Below are positions 46,108-56,443 of a stretch of DNA of 64,000 nt, piece after piece. The notes under the pieces are model-generated. The model worked only from the letters and a program-made list of their open reading frames with translations, was not told the origin of the DNA and made no database searches. The position numbers and the translations under genes are program-made. The DNA is from an uncultured Thermoplasmata archaeon (GTDB lineage Archaea > Thermoplasmatota > Thermoplasmata > Lutacidiplasmatales > UBA184). How positions within the stretch are numbered: position 1 is the first letter of the stretch; each line of letters opens with the position of its first letter. The DNA lies in assembly GCA_963804525.1 (NCBI GenBank), contig CAWDQO010000005.1:543261-607260 (forward strand). Direction: 5' to 3'.

Positions 46108-47439
46108 ATGCACCCGAGCCGCGTGATCCACGGTCGACGCTCGATGCTCCTCGCCGGACGAAGGATCGTGCTGGGCGTGACCGGCTCGATCGCGGCGATC
46201 GAGACCCCGCGGATCGTCCGCGAGCTGATCCGGCACGGGGCGGAGGTGCGAGCCGTTCTGAGCCCGGAGGCCAGCCGCATCGTGAGCGAAGAGGCGCTCG
46301 CGTTCGCCACCGGCCACCCCACGATTTCCCGGCTCACCGGCGACGTCGAGCACGTCACGCTCCTCGGTCCGGGCGAGGGTCGCGCCGACCTCCTTCTGAT
46401 CGCGCCGGCGACGGCGAACACGATCGCCAAGATCGCGCACGGCATCGACGACACCCCCGTCACCTCATGCGCCTCGGTCGCGCTCGGAGGCGGTGTCCCG
46501 ATCCTCCTCGCCCCGGCGATGCACGCCCACATGGGCCAGAACCCGGCGGTCCGCGCGAGCCTCGAGCAGCTCGTCGCCTGGGGGGTCGGGATCGTCCAAC
46601 CCGAGGCCGCCGAGGGCGAGGAGAAGCTCGCCTCTCCCGAAGAGGTCGCTGCGGCGGTCCTCCACCGCCTCGCGAGCGGGCCCTGGGTCGGTCGGCACGT
46701 CATCGTCATCGGAGGGGCGAGCCGGGAATCGATCGACGACGTCCGCTCGGTGACGAACGAGAGTTCGGGCGAGACCGCGGTCCAACTCGCCACGCAGGCC
46801 CACTTCCGGGGGGCCTCGGTCGAGCTGTGGGCGGGGGCGTTACAGGTCCCGGTCCCCGGTTCCTCCCCACGCGGACCTGGCGGAGCGTCGGGGACCTGCG
46901 GGCCCTCGTCGCGGCGCAGGCGGTCCCCCTCGCGGCGGCCGACGCCGTCCTGGTGCCCGCCGCCCTCTCGGACTTCACGCTCGACCGCCGGGCCGGCAAG
47001 ATCCCGTCCCGAGGGACCGACGTCCTCCGACTCGAGTTGCGGGCCGCCCCGAAGATCCTCCCCGAACTCCGGCGCGCCGTCCCCTCCCCGCACCGGCTCG
47101 TCGGGTTCAAGCTGGAATCCGGCCGAGACTCCCCCGCGCTCGAGGCCGAGGCCCGGCGGTCGTTGAAGGAGAACGGTCTCGATTGGGTCGTGGCCAACGA
47201 CCGCGCGTCGGTCGGGTCCCCCGAGACTCGGGTCGTGCTGATCGGCCCCGGGCGGACCGGGAAGGTGGATGGCCGGAACAAAATCCGCCGTCGCCGGCCA
47301 GCTTCTCGATGCCCTGGGGGCCGAGCTCACATCGGCTCGGGCGGTCGCGCCGCGCCGGCCGAAGCCACGGGCTCCCGACGACGACTCCCCCCGTCACCGG
47401 CCCGCCGCACGGCGCTCGATCCGGCCCCGGCGGCGGTGA
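46108..47439 (+). CDS. coaBC: bifunctional phosphopantothenoylcysteine decarboxylase / phosphopantothenate-cysteine ligase (CoaBC/Dfp); 2 frame breaks (~46855-46890 and A4 run 47278-47284)
   Basis: Flavoprotein half RRIVLGVTGSIAAIETPRIVREL. CoaB half HVIVIGGASRESIDDVRSVTNESSGE, then in frame 0 AVLVPAALSDFTLDRRAGKIPSRG...KILPELRR, then back to frame 1 for a C-terminus ending at TGA 47437-47439. Confidence 0.7.
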
Positions 47440-47461
47440 GGCAGCTCGGGGCATCGTCCAG

Positions 47462-47468
47462 ATTAATA
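47462..47468 (+). promoter_or_regulatory. TATA-like box (ATTAATA) 37 nt upstream of sucC
   Basis: AT-rich heptamer in an otherwise GC-rich spacer. Confidence 0.35.
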
Positions 47469-47504
47469 CCCCGTCCGGCTCGGCGAGCCGAGAGGCAGCG
47501 ACCG

Positions 47505-48638
47505 ATGGTGAAACTCGCAGAGTGGCGGGGCAAGGAGATCTTCCGAACGTACGGAGTGTCCCTTCCGAAGGGGACGGTCGTCCGCTCGCCATCGGAGGTT
47601 GCCGGGGCCCTCGCCTCCGCGGGGGTCCCCCTTCCGTGCGTGGTCAAGGCCCAGGTCCTGGCCGGCGGCCGCGGGAAGGGCGGCGCCGTCCGCTTCGCGA
47701 ACACGATCGCCGAGGCGGAGGCGGCCACGAAGGCGATCCTCGGGCTCGAGTTCAAGGGCGAAACGGTCCGGGAGGTCCTTCTCGAGGAGAAGCTCCCGAT
47801 CGGGGCCGAGCTCTATGTGTCCCTCACGCTCGACCGCGGTCGGCGACTCCCGCTCGCGATGGCGAGCGCCCAGGGGGGCGTCGAGGTCGAGTCGGTCGAC
47901 GAATCGGCGATCACGCGGGTCCTCATCGACCCGTTCCCGGGACTCGTGGGCTACCAGAAGCGGCAACTCGTCGCGGCGTTGGGCGTCTCCGGCCCGGTCG
48001 CCCGCTCGGTCGACAAGCTCCTCGACCAGCTCTGGGAGATCTTCGAGAAGGAGGACGCCGAGCTCGTCGAGATCAACCCGCTCGCGGTCGTGGGGGACCA
48101 CGTCGTCGCCCTCGATGCCAAGGTGATCATCGAAGACGACGCCTCGTTCCGGCATCCGGAGTATTCGGACGTCCGGGACGACCGGACCCCGCTCGAGGAG
48201 ATCGCGCGGGAGAAGGAGATCGCGTTCGTCCAGCTCGACGGGAACATCGGGGTGATCGCCAACGGGGCCGGCCTCACGATGGCCACGCTCGACGTTCTCG
48301 CCGAGTTCGGTGGCCGACCTGGGGTCTTTCTCGACCTCGGGGGCACCGACGACCCGAAGAAGGTCACGGAGGCGTTCCTGCTCATGGCCCAGGCGAAGCC
48401 GGCCGCCGTGTTCCTGAACATCTTCGGCGGGGTGACCCGTTGCGACACCGTGGCGACGGGCCTCGTCGAGGCGATGCGCCAGGTTCCGCCCGAATCGAAG
48501 TTCCCGCTCGTCGCCCGGATCCGGGGCAACAACGAGGCCGAAGGGGTCGCCATCCTGCGCGCCGCCGGGGTCACCTCGCTCTCCGACCTGAAGGAGTCGG
48601 TCCAGGCGGTCGTGGCCGCCGCGGGAGGTTCCCGATGA
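47505..48638 (+). CDS. sucC: succinyl-CoA synthetase beta subunit (ATP-grasp)
   Basis: MVKLAEWRGKEIFRTYGVSLPKG, CVVKAQVLAGGRGKGG, NIGVIANGAGLTMATLD. Confidence 0.9.
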   Translation: MVKLAEWRGKEIFRTYGVSLPKGTVVRSPSEVAGALASAGVPLPCVVKAQVLAGGRGKGGAVRFANTIAEAEAATKAILGLEFKGETVREVLLEEKLPIGAELYVSLTLDRGRRLPLAMASAQGGVEVESVDESAITRVLIDPFPGLVGYQKRQLVAALGVSGPVARSVDKLLDQLWEIFEKEDAELVEINPLAVVGDHVVALDAKVIIEDDASFRHPEYSDVRDDRTPLEEIAREKEIAFVQLDGNIGVIANGAGLTMATLDVLAEFGGRPGVFLDLGGTDDPKKVTEAFLLMAQAKPAAVFLNIFGGVTRCDTVATGLVEAMRQVPPESKFPLVARIRGNNEAEGVAILRAAGVTSLSDLKESVQAVVAAAGGSR

Positions 48639-49519
48639 GCGTCCTCATCGACGCCAACACGCGGGTCCTCGTCCAGGGGATCACCGGCCACCAGGGAACG
48701 GTCCACACCCGGAACATGAAGGCGTTCGGCGCGCAGGTCGTCGCCGGCGCAACTCCCGGGAAGGGCGGCCAGGTCGTCGAAGGAGTACCGGTCTTCAACT
48801 CGGTCGACGAGGCGGTCCGGAAGACCGGGGCGAATGCGACGTGCATCTTCGTCCCGGCGCCGTTCGCGAAGGACGCGTTCCTCGAGGCCGTCGACGCGGG
48901 AATCCCCCTCGCGGTGATCGTGACGGAGCACATCCCGTTCCACGACATGCTGGTGATGTACCACTACGGCCGCTCGAAAGGGGCCCGGATCATCGGGCCG
49001 AACTGCCCGGGGATCGCTGCCCCTGGCAAGTCCAAGGTCGGGATCATCCCGAACGTCGTGTTCCGCCCGGGGCGCGTCGGTGTCGTCAGTCGGAGCGGCA
49101 CCCTGACCTACGAGATCGTCAACGGGATCAAGGAGCGGGGGCTCGGCCAGTCGACGTGCCTCGGCCTCGGGGGGGACCCGGTCGTCGGGACATCGTTCGT
49201 CGACGCCCTGCCGCTCTTCGAGAAGGACCCGGAGACCGACCTGGTCGTGCTGGTCGGGGAGATCGGGGGAACCGCCGAGGAGGATGCCGCCGAGTACATC
49301 GGGCACCACTTCTCGAAGCCGGTCGTCGCCTACGTCGCGGGCCGCTCCGCCCCGCCCGGCAAGCGGATGGGTCACGCCGGCGCGATCATCGCCCGGGGGA
49401 AGGGGACGGCGGAGAGCAAGCTCGCCGCGCTCCAGTCGGTCGGGGCCCATGTCGCCAAGTTCCCGTACGAGATCCCCGCGCTCGTCGAGCAGTACCTCCC
49501 GAAGGCGTCCGGTCGATGA
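48635..49519 (+). CDS. sucD: succinyl-CoA synthetase alpha subunit
   Basis: VLVQGITGHQGTVHT, IIGPNCPGI, catalytic His loop GHAGAII; ATGA overlap with sucC and GGGAGG Shine-Dalgarno. Confidence 0.9.
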   Translation: MSVLIDANTRVLVQGITGHQGTVHTRNMKAFGAQVVAGATPGKGGQVVEGVPVFNSVDEAVRKTGANATCIFVPAPFAKDAFLEAVDAGIPLAVIVTEHIPFHDMLVMYHYGRSKGARIIGPNCPGIAAPGKSKVGIIPNVVFRPGRVGVVSRSGTLTYEIVNGIKERGLGQSTCLGLGGDPVVGTSFVDALPLFEKDPETDLVVLVGEIGGTAEEDAAEYIGHHFSKPVVAYVAGRSAPPGKRMGHAGAIIARGKGTAESKLAALQSVGAHVAKFPYEIPALVEQYLPKASGR

Positions 49520-49758
49520 GCAGCGACGTCTGCGCACTCCCCGGGTGCGGGGCCGAGGCGGTCCGGCATCTCGCCGTCGCCGAGGCCCGTCGGGCGTTCG
49601 AGCAGATTTCCGACAAGGGCCGGAGCGCCGCCCTCTGCAAAGCCCACTACAAAGAGTGGAAGAAGGCAACCAAGAAGGACCGCCAACTCGACCGGCTCGG
49701 CGGGGGTCGCCTGGGTCCCGCTTCGCGAGGGTCGGGGGCGGGTGCACCCCGCCCCTGA
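49516..49758 (+). CDS. small Cys/His-rich basic protein (80 aa), translationally coupled to sucD
   Basis: ATG overlaps the sucD TGA; MSSDVCALPGCGAEAVRHL...CKAHYKEWKKATKKDRQLDRL; possible Zn knuckle. Confidence 0.45.
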   Translation: MSSDVCALPGCGAEAVRHLAVAEARRAFEQISDKGRSAALCKAHYKEWKKATKKDRQLDRLGGGRLGPASRGSGAGAPRP

Positions 49759-49781
49759 CTCGAAAGGGTTCGCGCGTTAGC

Positions 49782-49889
49782 CTACTGCTTCCGCATCTTC
49801 TGCGCCCGCATGCGCCGGCGCATCCGCTTCTTGCGCCATTTCCACCGCATGTGGCCGCGCTTCTTCCATACGCGCGAGCTCCGTTTCAT
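49782..49889 (-). CDS. rpl41e: ribosomal protein L41e (35 aa)
   Basis: rc translation MKRSSRVWKKRGHMRWKWRKKRMRRRMRAQKMRKQ matches the RMRWKW.KKR.RRL archaeal/eukaryotic L41e pattern; TTTTAAA element ~40 nt upstream (49928-49934). Confidence 0.7.
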   Translation of the reverse strand: MKRSSRVWKKRGHMRWKWRKKRMRRRMRAQKMRKQ

Positions 49890-49978
49890 CCGATCTCGTC
49901 CGAAACGGCCCGCCCTATCGTCCCCCCTTTAAAAGGGTTGCCCGACGGTGGACCGTCGACGGAGTCGGCACGTCCCCG

Positions 49979-49985
49979 TTTATCT
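49979..49985 (+). promoter_or_regulatory. TATA-like box (TTTATCT) 23 nt upstream of the GTG start at 50008
   Basis: Identical motif and spacing to the leuA and Kelch-2 promoters. Confidence 0.35.
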
Positions 49986-50007
49986 ATCGGCCGGTCGTCG
50001 CGCGACC

Positions 50008-50415
50008 GTGGTCGACGAGACGGACCTCGAGACGAACGTCCTCGAGTTCGTCCTGAAGTCGTTCCAGTTCGACCGGATGGAGACCGTCGGCGCCGTCGAA
50101 TACGCGATCTTCCACCGGACGGAGACCGAGAGCGAATCGCAGTTCCGGCCGAAACTCGTCAAGCTCGTCCTCGCCGTGCCGCGGGACTGGATCGTCCACG
50201 ACCTCGCCTCGGACCTCATGCTGATCGCCCCCGACGGGGTCCACCCGGGCCACCGAGGAACCGGCACCGCGATGGAAGCCGCCGGGGAGAAGGCCGAGTT
50301 CTCCGAGCAAGGGGTCGACTGGGTTCGACGTCCTCGTACGAACGGAGGGTGGGTGTACTTTCCAAAGCGCGACGAGGTGAACTGGACCCCGAGCGCCCTG
50401 GGGTCTCTCCCGTAA
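50008..50415 (+). CDS. hypothetical protein (135 aa)
   Basis: GTG start VVDETDLETNVLEFVLKSFQFDRMETVGAVEYAIFH...; acidic, protein-like composition. The ATG at 49948 would overlap its own TATA box and is rejected. Confidence 0.5.
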   Translation: MVDETDLETNVLEFVLKSFQFDRMETVGAVEYAIFHRTETESESQFRPKLVKLVLAVPRDWIVHDLASDLMLIAPDGVHPGHRGTGTAMEAAGEKAEFSEQGVDWVRRPRTNGGWVYFPKRDEVNWTPSALGSLP

Positions 50416-50548
50416 CGGCAGCGGCCGAGGGCCCGCGGATTTCTCGTCCGGTTCCACTGACCCGACCACCCGAATCGACGGACCGGGCCAGCGGACAGAC
50501 CATCGGGGTTGACCCGAGACGGGGATTCGCTCAGCGTTGGGGGCCAAA

Positions 50549-51253
50549 TCACGGAACCGGCGCCGGGTGCGTCGCAGGCTTGCGGCGGACCGCCCAACGG
50601 TGAGCGAGTTCGAGGAAGCGAACCCGAAGCTGGGGAGGCGTGACGAGGGCGACGAGGATCATCTCCGACGCGACCCGGCTGACGGTGTTGAGGGCGTAGA
50701 CCCACGCGAGTCCGGATTGCACCGAGGGGAACCCCAGGCCCATCCAGAGCGCCATCGAACCGAGCCAGAGCGCGATCCACGGAGCCGCCAAGGGGAGGTT
50801 CGCCCGCCGCCACCACGGAAGTCCGGCGAGAACCCAGGTGAGGCCGAGGAATGAGAAGATGGCCGCCCCGGGAGTTCCCCAGTCGACCCCCCACCAGAAG
50901 CTCGAATGGGTGGTCGACTCGAGTCCGACGAGAAACACCTGCTCGTAGACATTGATCATCCCGATCGCGCTGACGTATCCGACGAGGGGAGCGAGCACGA
51001 GCGCGGCGCGGGAGGGGCGTTCCGCGAAGTAGACGGCGAAGGTCACCCCCACGAACCCCGCGATGGCGGCGATGTAGGTGAACGGGTAGACCGTGTGACC
51101 GGCGGCCGTCGAGAGATACACGAGATTCCCGCCGGAGTCGGACATCGGATGGACGAGCGCCGTGACGGCGACCCAGGCGAACCAATAGCCGAGAAGGGCG
51201 GAGGTGACGAGCCAGAGCCAGAGGAAGGGTCGGTCGAGGAGCGAATGCCCCAT
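50549..51253 (-). CDS. integral membrane protein (~6 TM), unknown family
   Basis: MGHSLLDRPFLWLWLVTSALLGYWFAWVAVTAL...; Trp/aromatic-rich TM helices. Confidence 0.55.
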   Translation of the reverse strand: MGHSLLDRPFLWLWLVTSALLGYWFAWVAVTALVHPMSDSGGNLVYLSTAAGHTVYPFTYIAAIAGFVGVTFAVYFAERPSRAALVLAPLVGYVSAIGMINVYEQVFLVGLESTTHSSFWWGVDWGTPGAAIFSFLGLTWVLAGLPWWRRANLPLAAPWIALWLGSMALWMGLGFPSVQSGLAWVYALNTVSRVASEMILVALVTPPQLRVRFLELAHRWAVRRKPATHPAPVP

Positions 51254-51894
51254 TCAAGCCGAACCCACGGTGCTGCCCGAGATATCCGTATCCCGCCGTC
51301 GGGCGGGGAGCGCGGTTCGAGGTCTCCGCGCTCCGCTAAGGAATTCCGGGCGGCCCGAGGAGCGGGACCGACCAGAGCACGGCGACTTGATACTCGGTCC
51401 TGCAACCACCGACCCCCGAGAATCCGTACGGTCCACCAGCGGCGGTGAATTCGACCTGGCCCCCGACTCCCATGGCGTCGTAGACCACGTCCCCGGTCAA
51501 TTCGGAGGTCAGGGTGATCCGGCTAGGGTAGCTACTGTTCGTGCGCTACTCGAGAAACGTAACGGCTCGCGCCGGTGGGTCGAAGTGTGGTCCGAGGCCC
51601 CCTCCGAATCCCGGCATGTTGCAGAACGACACGTCTTCCCCCGAAAGACCCTCGGCATGCGAAACCGGGAGGACGACGAGGACCGCGAAGAACGTCACGG
51701 CGGCCGCCGCCACCGCGAGGGGGGTCGACGACCGACTCGAGGGTCCGACCCGCCGTCTCGCCAACTCTCTCGGCATCAAGTTCCGAGCCGTCGAGCCGGC
51801 TGGGGCTATATCAGGAATTTTCGAGGTGGTCCGCGAGACGGTCGTCGGGTCCCGAACTCGGGGATCGGTTCGGTACGGGCCGGAAACCGGGCGG

Positions 51895-53034
51895 CTACAG
51901 GACGCCCATCTCGGTGAGCTTCTCGGGAAGGTACGTGTCCGTCACGTAGTTGAGGCCGTACTTGGCGAGCGACTGCTGCTCGGCCTTCTTCCCGTTCTTC
52001 AGCATCAGCTCGATCTCGCTCCGCCACTCGGCGGTCTTGAACCGCGGGTCGGTGAGCTCGGCCTGGAGCGCTCGGACGTCCTGGTCGGAGAGCTTGTCCG
52101 AGGGGAGCTTGTAGTTCTCGATGTCGGAGGCGGTCACGCCGAGGAACTCCGCCTGCGGCGTCGCGAGATACTGGGAAATGTGCGCGGTCTTGATCGCGCC
52201 GTACGCGACGCTCGCGAAGATCCGGAACGACCAGGGGTCGCCGTCGGTGAACACGACCACAGGGAGCTTCAGCTCCTCGTTGAGCCGCTTGAGGAACCGG
52301 CGTGTCGACCGCGCCGGCTGGCCCTTGAGGTGCAACAGGACGGCCCCGTTCTTCTCGTCGAACCCGTTCTCGGCGAGCCGGTCGACCATGCCGCCGCACT
52401 CGATCGCCACGACGAACTTCGCACCGGTCGAGACGAACTCGATCTTCTCCTTCTCGACGTTGAACGGGATCGCGTACCCGCCGTCGCCGACGTCGTCCCG
52501 GCAGTTGATCTTCTTGACGATCCCCTTCCGGTTCGTCTCGCGGATCGTCAGGTCGCCGATCACCGACGCGCCGTTCTCCTCCGGGTGGACCCGGAAGTCC
52601 TCCCGCAGCCGCTCGCAGAGGACCTCGAGGTCCTCGATGAGGAGGTTCGATTCGTCCTCGCTGTGGAACTTCCCCTCCTCCCACCCCTCGCTGATGTAGT
52701 AGAGCTCCCGCAGCGTCGAGGTCTTTCCCTCGCGGGCCATCTCGTTGATGAAATCGACGAGGTAGAACGTCCGAAGGAGCATCAGCGCCCCGTCGAGCTT
52801 CCGCGCGCTGCGGGTCCCGAGCGCGCGCCCGAGCTTCCAGACCCCCTCCCGCAGCTGGAACTGGATGTTCTGCTTCGTCCGGAGCGGCAGCCGCATCCGC
52901 GGGATCTCCCCCGCGTCGAGCTGCTCGTAGATCGACTTGGCGAGGTCGAGCGTCGGCTTCAGGGCGTCGACGCGGACGGCCGTCTCGCCGTCACGCTTCG
53001 TCGTCTTCGACTCCCGCACTCCCTTCCGCGGCAT
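51895..53034 (-). CDS. top6A: DNA topoisomerase VI subunit A (Spo11 homolog)
   Basis: Toprim and CAP-like winged-helix motifs ([30 protein letters not shown]); 44-nt overlap with the top6B 3' end. Confidence 0.9.
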   Translation of the reverse strand: MPRKGVRESKTTKRDGETAVRVDALKPTLDLAKSIYEQLDAGEIPRMRLPLRTKQNIQFQLREGVWKLGRALGTRSARKLDGALMLLRTFYLVDFINEMAREGKTSTLRELYYISEGWEEGKFHSEDESNLLIEDLEVLCERLREDFRVHPEENGASVIGDLTIRETNRKGIVKKINCRDDVGDGGYAIPFNVEKEKIEFVSTGAKFVVAIECGGMVDRLAENGFDEKNGAVLLHLKGQPARSTRRFLKRLNEELKLPVVVFTDGDPWSFRIFASVAYGAIKTAHISQYLATPQAEFLGVTASDIENYKLPSDKLSDQDVRALQAELTDPRFKTAEWRSEIELMLKNGKKAEQQSLAKYGLNYVTDTYLPEKLTEMGVL

Positions 53035-55009
53035 CGTAGTCCACCTCCCCGTCCTCGGTCCCCGGCAACGGTTCGAGCCCGGCTTCGGCCGCCTCGATGA
53101 CCGCGCGTGGCAGTCGGACGTCCCAGTCGCCGGGGAGCGGTTCGGCCCCGAGGAGGTGGGCCTCGTCGACCCCGGCGATGTACCAGGAGAGGTCGGACGC
53201 CTCGACCTCGGTGCCCTTCGGGAACGTCACCTCGATCGTCGCCTTGCCGCTCGGGGGCAGCTTCTCCAGGGTCCACCACGCCCGCCCGAGCTCGGCGTCC
53301 GTCCCCTCGGGCGGCGGCGCGTAGTGGGCCTTGGGCACGAGCTCCGGTGGCATCTCGACGAACACCTCGAGGACCCGGGCCCTCGGCGTGTAGTTCGTCA
53401 CGTCGGTGCCGGCCCGGATCGTCTCGCCGACCGGTGCGACCGTCGTCTCGACGTTCACGACGTCCATGATCCGGGTGATCACCGGAGTGAGGTCGGGGAC
53501 GGGCTTGTGGACGAGCGAGCTCGTCTTCTCCGCGAGCTTCGGCAGGATCTTCAGGATGATCGCAAACTTCTCGCTCGCCAGGTCGCGGCGGTTCCGGCGC
53601 GAGATGTGGGTCCGGAGGTGGCGCGCCGCCGCCTGGATCGCGAGCGTGACCTCCTTGTCGATCTCGGGGTCCTCCGCGATCGCCTCCTTCGCCTCGCTCG
53701 TGAACGGGATCTTGGTCGAAGCGACGTGGACGAGGAGGAGGCACGGGCCCGTCGGGAGTCCCTGGCCCCCCTTCTGGTCGAGGCCGTACCGCCGCCAATC
53801 GAGGTTCTGGACCGCGTTCGTGACCGCGCACGCCCCCTGCTGGAAGAGCAGCGGCACCCGGTTCGCGAACCGGAGGAGCTGGATCGGCTGGTCGGCGGGG
53901 AGGCCGCCTCCGTAGACCAGACCGACCTCGACGAGGAACGGGAACCCCCCCCGGACCTTCGGCGGCCGGCTGACCGGCGGGGCGTAGAACTCCGGCCGGA
54001 CCTCGCCGAGGACGTTCCGGAGTCCGCGCTTGATGAGCATCGGGCCGATCGGCGAGAGGCATTCGGCCGTCGGTGCCACGAGCGGGACCTCGTGCATGGC
54101 GGTGAGGAGCTTCTCGAGCGGCTCGCCGTGGACGTCCGCCGGTTTCGTCTTTCCGGACAGTCCGGCCCGGTCGAGGATCTCCCGCGCCGCCCGGGGCGAC
54201 ACCCCCGCGAGCTCCTTCTGGAGGAGCTCGAGGATCGTGGGCTTGTTCGACCCCTTCAGCCGATACGCGAGCTCCCCGAGCTCGAGCCCGTACGGGTGCG
54301 GGGCGACTTCCTTCGGGACCGGGGGGACCTCGGTCGAGGCCCGCTCGTAGGTAACCCGCGTCCCGTCCGGCTCGACGAGCGTGAACCGGGCGTGCGGATT
54401 GACGATCGCCGTTCCCTTCAGGTAGTCGAATGGCGACTGCCGCCCCCGCTGGTACTTCGCCTTCAGCAGGAGCTCGATCCGGGTCCCGCTCGGGCGGTCC
54501 CAGAGGACGAGGTCCTCGGAGACGACCCGCGGGAGGTTCTTCTGGGTGTCGATGAGGAGCTCGACGACGTGGGCCGCCTCCTCCTCGGCGACCTTGCTCG
54601 TCACTTTCGCGGGGCGAGCGGTGGTCAGTCCCGCGTAGAGGACCGCCGCGGAGATCCCGATCCCCTGCTGGCCCCGGGACTGCCGGTTGGCGTGGAACCG
54701 GGACCCGTACAGGAGCCGCCCGAAGACGTTGGGGATCTCGCGCTTCAGGATCCCAGGGCCGTTGTCCTCGACGGCGATCCGGAGCCGGTCGGTCCCTTCC
54801 TTGGCGATCTCGACCTTGATGTCCGGGAGGACCTGGGCCTCCTCGCAGGCGTCGAGGCAGTTGTCGACCGCTTCCTTGACGGTGGTGAGCAGCGCCCGGA
54901 GCGGGTTGTCGAACCCGAGGATCTGCCGGTTCCGCTCGAAGAACTCCGCGACGGAGATCTCCCGCTGCTTCGCCGCGAGCTGCTGGGCGAGCGACTTCGC
55001 GGGGGGCAC
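52991..55009 (-). CDS. top6B: DNA topoisomerase VI subunit B (GHKL ATPase)
   Basis: [13 protein letters not shown], Bergerat-fold motifs ([23 protein letters not shown]), transducer domain; TATA-like CTATAAG 24 nt upstream (55033-55039). Confidence 0.9.
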   Translation of the reverse strand: MPPAKSLAQQLAAKQREISVAEFFERNRQILGFDNPLRALLTTVKEAVDNCLDACEEAQVLPDIKVEIAKEGTDRLRIAVEDNGPGILKREIPNVFGRLLYGSRFHANRQSRGQQGIGISAAVLYAGLTTARPAKVTSKVAEEEAAHVVELLIDTQKNLPRVVSEDLVLWDRPSGTRIELLLKAKYQRGRQSPFDYLKGTAIVNPHARFTLVEPDGTRVTYERASTEVPPVPKEVAPHPYGLELGELAYRLKGSNKPTILELLQKELAGVSPRAAREILDRAGLSGKTKPADVHGEPLEKLLTAMHEVPLVAPTAECLSPIGPMLIKRGLRNVLGEVRPEFYAPPVSRPPKVRGGFPFLVEVGLVYGGGLPADQPIQLLRFANRVPLLFQQGACAVTNAVQNLDWRRYGLDQKGGQGLPTGPCLLLVHVASTKIPFTSEAKEAIAEDPEIDKEVTLAIQAAARHLRTHISRRNRRDLASEKFAIILKILPKLAEKTSSLVHKPVPDLTPVITRIMDVVNVETTVAPVGETIRAGTDVTNYTPRARVLEVFVEMPPELVPKAHYAPPPEGTDAELGRAWWTLEKLPPSGKATIEVTFPKGTEVEASDLSWYIAGVDEAHLLGAEPLPGDWDVRLPRAVIEAAEAGLEPLPGTEDGEVDYDAAEGSAGVEDDEA

Positions 55010-55033
55010 GGGTGCGCGACGATTCGGACCCCG

Positions 55034-55867
55034 CTATAAGTCCGTGGTTCGACTTGCGGCCGACGGGAGAGCGCCGGGGCGTTGCGCGACGTCCCGGAGC
55101 ACCGGACGGAACGGGCGCCACCGGGCCGGCTCTCGCAGGTCGGCGTCGACCGTCACGAGCCGCTCGTCCGGGCCGAGGGCGACGCCCGGGACGGGACGTT
55201 CGGCGAGCGGTTCCCCGCGCGCGTCGTAGCCGCGGGATCCGCCCCCGAAGACGATCCCGTCCTCGACCCCCACGCGATTGACGTAGACCAGGGGAGCCGC
55301 GTTCTCGACCGCCCGGGCGGGGAGAACCTTCTCGAACAGCCGCCGGGAGGTAACGGGCGCGGCGGACACGCAGACGAACAGGTGCGCCCCGTCGAGGGCG
55401 AGCGCGCGGAACACCTCGGGGAAGAACGCGTCGTAGCAGATCGAGAGCCCGACGTTCTCCGACCCGAGCGGTGCGACCACGCTCGTGTCGGTCGGGGAGA
55501 AGACGCTCCCCTCCTCGAACGGCCCGTACGTCGGGAGGTACCGCTTTCCTTGGGCGAACTCGGTGCCGTCCGGGCGAACGAGGAGCACGGAGTTGGAGAC
55601 CTCCCCGTGACGGGGACCCTGGGTGGGGGCGCCGACGACGACGGCACGACCGGACGAGCGGACCGCCTCGCGAAGCGGAGCCAGGCGGACGTCGCCCGCC
55701 CGGAGGGCGAGCCGGTGGAACCGGTCCCCGAGCTTGTACCCGGAGAGGAACAGTTCGGGGAACACGACGAGGGACGCCTTCGTCCCGTGGACCACCTCGG
55801 CCGCGCGGGCGACGTTCTTTTCGAGGTCCCCCGCGACGGGAGCGAGCTCCGCGAGCGCGATCTCCAT
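55034..55867 (-). CDS. carbon-nitrogen hydrolase (nitrilase superfamily)
   Basis: MEIALAELAPVAGDLEKN; catalytic E (FPELFLSGY), K, and C (GLSICYDAFFPE). Confidence 0.8.
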   Translation of the reverse strand: MEIALAELAPVAGDLEKNVARAAEVVHGTKASLVVFPELFLSGYKLGDRFHRLALRAGDVRLAPLREAVRSSGRAVVVGAPTQGPRHGEVSNSVLLVRPDGTEFAQGKRYLPTYGPFEEGSVFSPTDTSVVAPLGSENVGLSICYDAFFPEVFRALALDGAHLFVCVSAAPVTSRRLFEKVLPARAVENAAPLVYVNRVGVEDGIVFGGGSRGYDARGEPLAERPVPGVALGPDERLVTVDADLREPARWRPFRPVLRDVAQRPGALPSAASRTTDL

Positions 55868-56319
55868 CAGAAGAAGTGGTGCCGGACGGCGAGGAGGTAA
55901 ACGAACAGGACGAGAAACACGAGGAAGATCACCGTGATCGTCGAAGTGAAGAACAGATACCCGAGCCCGAGGAACAACACGACGACGGTCGTGTAGAGCG
56001 CCCACGCCTCCTGGTTCCAGAGGGCGCTCGCGACGCCGACGAGCACGGCGCCGAGGAGCACGAGGATCGCCGCGCCCACGACGTCGACCTGGTGGACGAT
56101 GAGCAGTTGGGTCGGGATCGCGGCGCCGAGGTACTCGTTCAGGAGGAAGAGGATCCCGCTGACCAGGACGACGAGCCCGAGCAACGCGATGAGCACCGCG
56201 AGGACCGCGACCCCGAGCGGAAGGGAGGGCCGAACGGCGGTCGGCTCCCACTGGGGGGGCAGGTGCTGCACCTCGGGCGCGCCGCTCGAAGCGGCCGCCG
56301 GTCGAGCCGTGGTCGGCAT
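55867..56319 (-). CDS. small membrane protein (4 TM, 150 aa)
   Basis: Hydrophobic helices LPLGVAVLAVLIALLGLVVLVSGILFLL...; TGA shares one nt with the downstream ATG (TGATG). Confidence 0.45.
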   Translation of the reverse strand: MPTTARPAAASSGAPEVQHLPPQWEPTAVRPSLPLGVAVLAVLIALLGLVVLVSGILFLLNEYLGAAIPTQLLIVHQVDVVGAAILVLLGAVLVGVASALWNQEAWALYTTVVVLFLGLGYLFFTSTITVIFLVFLVLFVYLLAVRHHFF

Positions 56320-56443
56320 CGGAACGCTCGCGACGACGACCCCGCGGTCGAGACAAGTAGCTTTCGTTCGAGGTGCCCGCGCGCGCGGTGTCCACGCCGA
56401 CGCCCCGGAACCCGGAGACCCTTGGGCTCGCGAATCCGGCGGG

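Noticed and set aside
51543-51548. In-frame TAG of the small secreted ORF interpreted as pyrrolysine.
   Set aside because: No methylamine methyltransferase or pyl genes in the window and no methanogen-like context. A substitution error or genuine stop is far more likely.
52991-53034. 44-nt overlap between the top6B 3' end and top6A 5' end considered an annotation error.
   Set aside because: Kept. A downstream alternative start for top6A (GTG in AVRVD) is possible, but the ATG-initiated N-terminus [39 protein letters not shown] looks like a normal Top6A start, and B/A overlaps are common.
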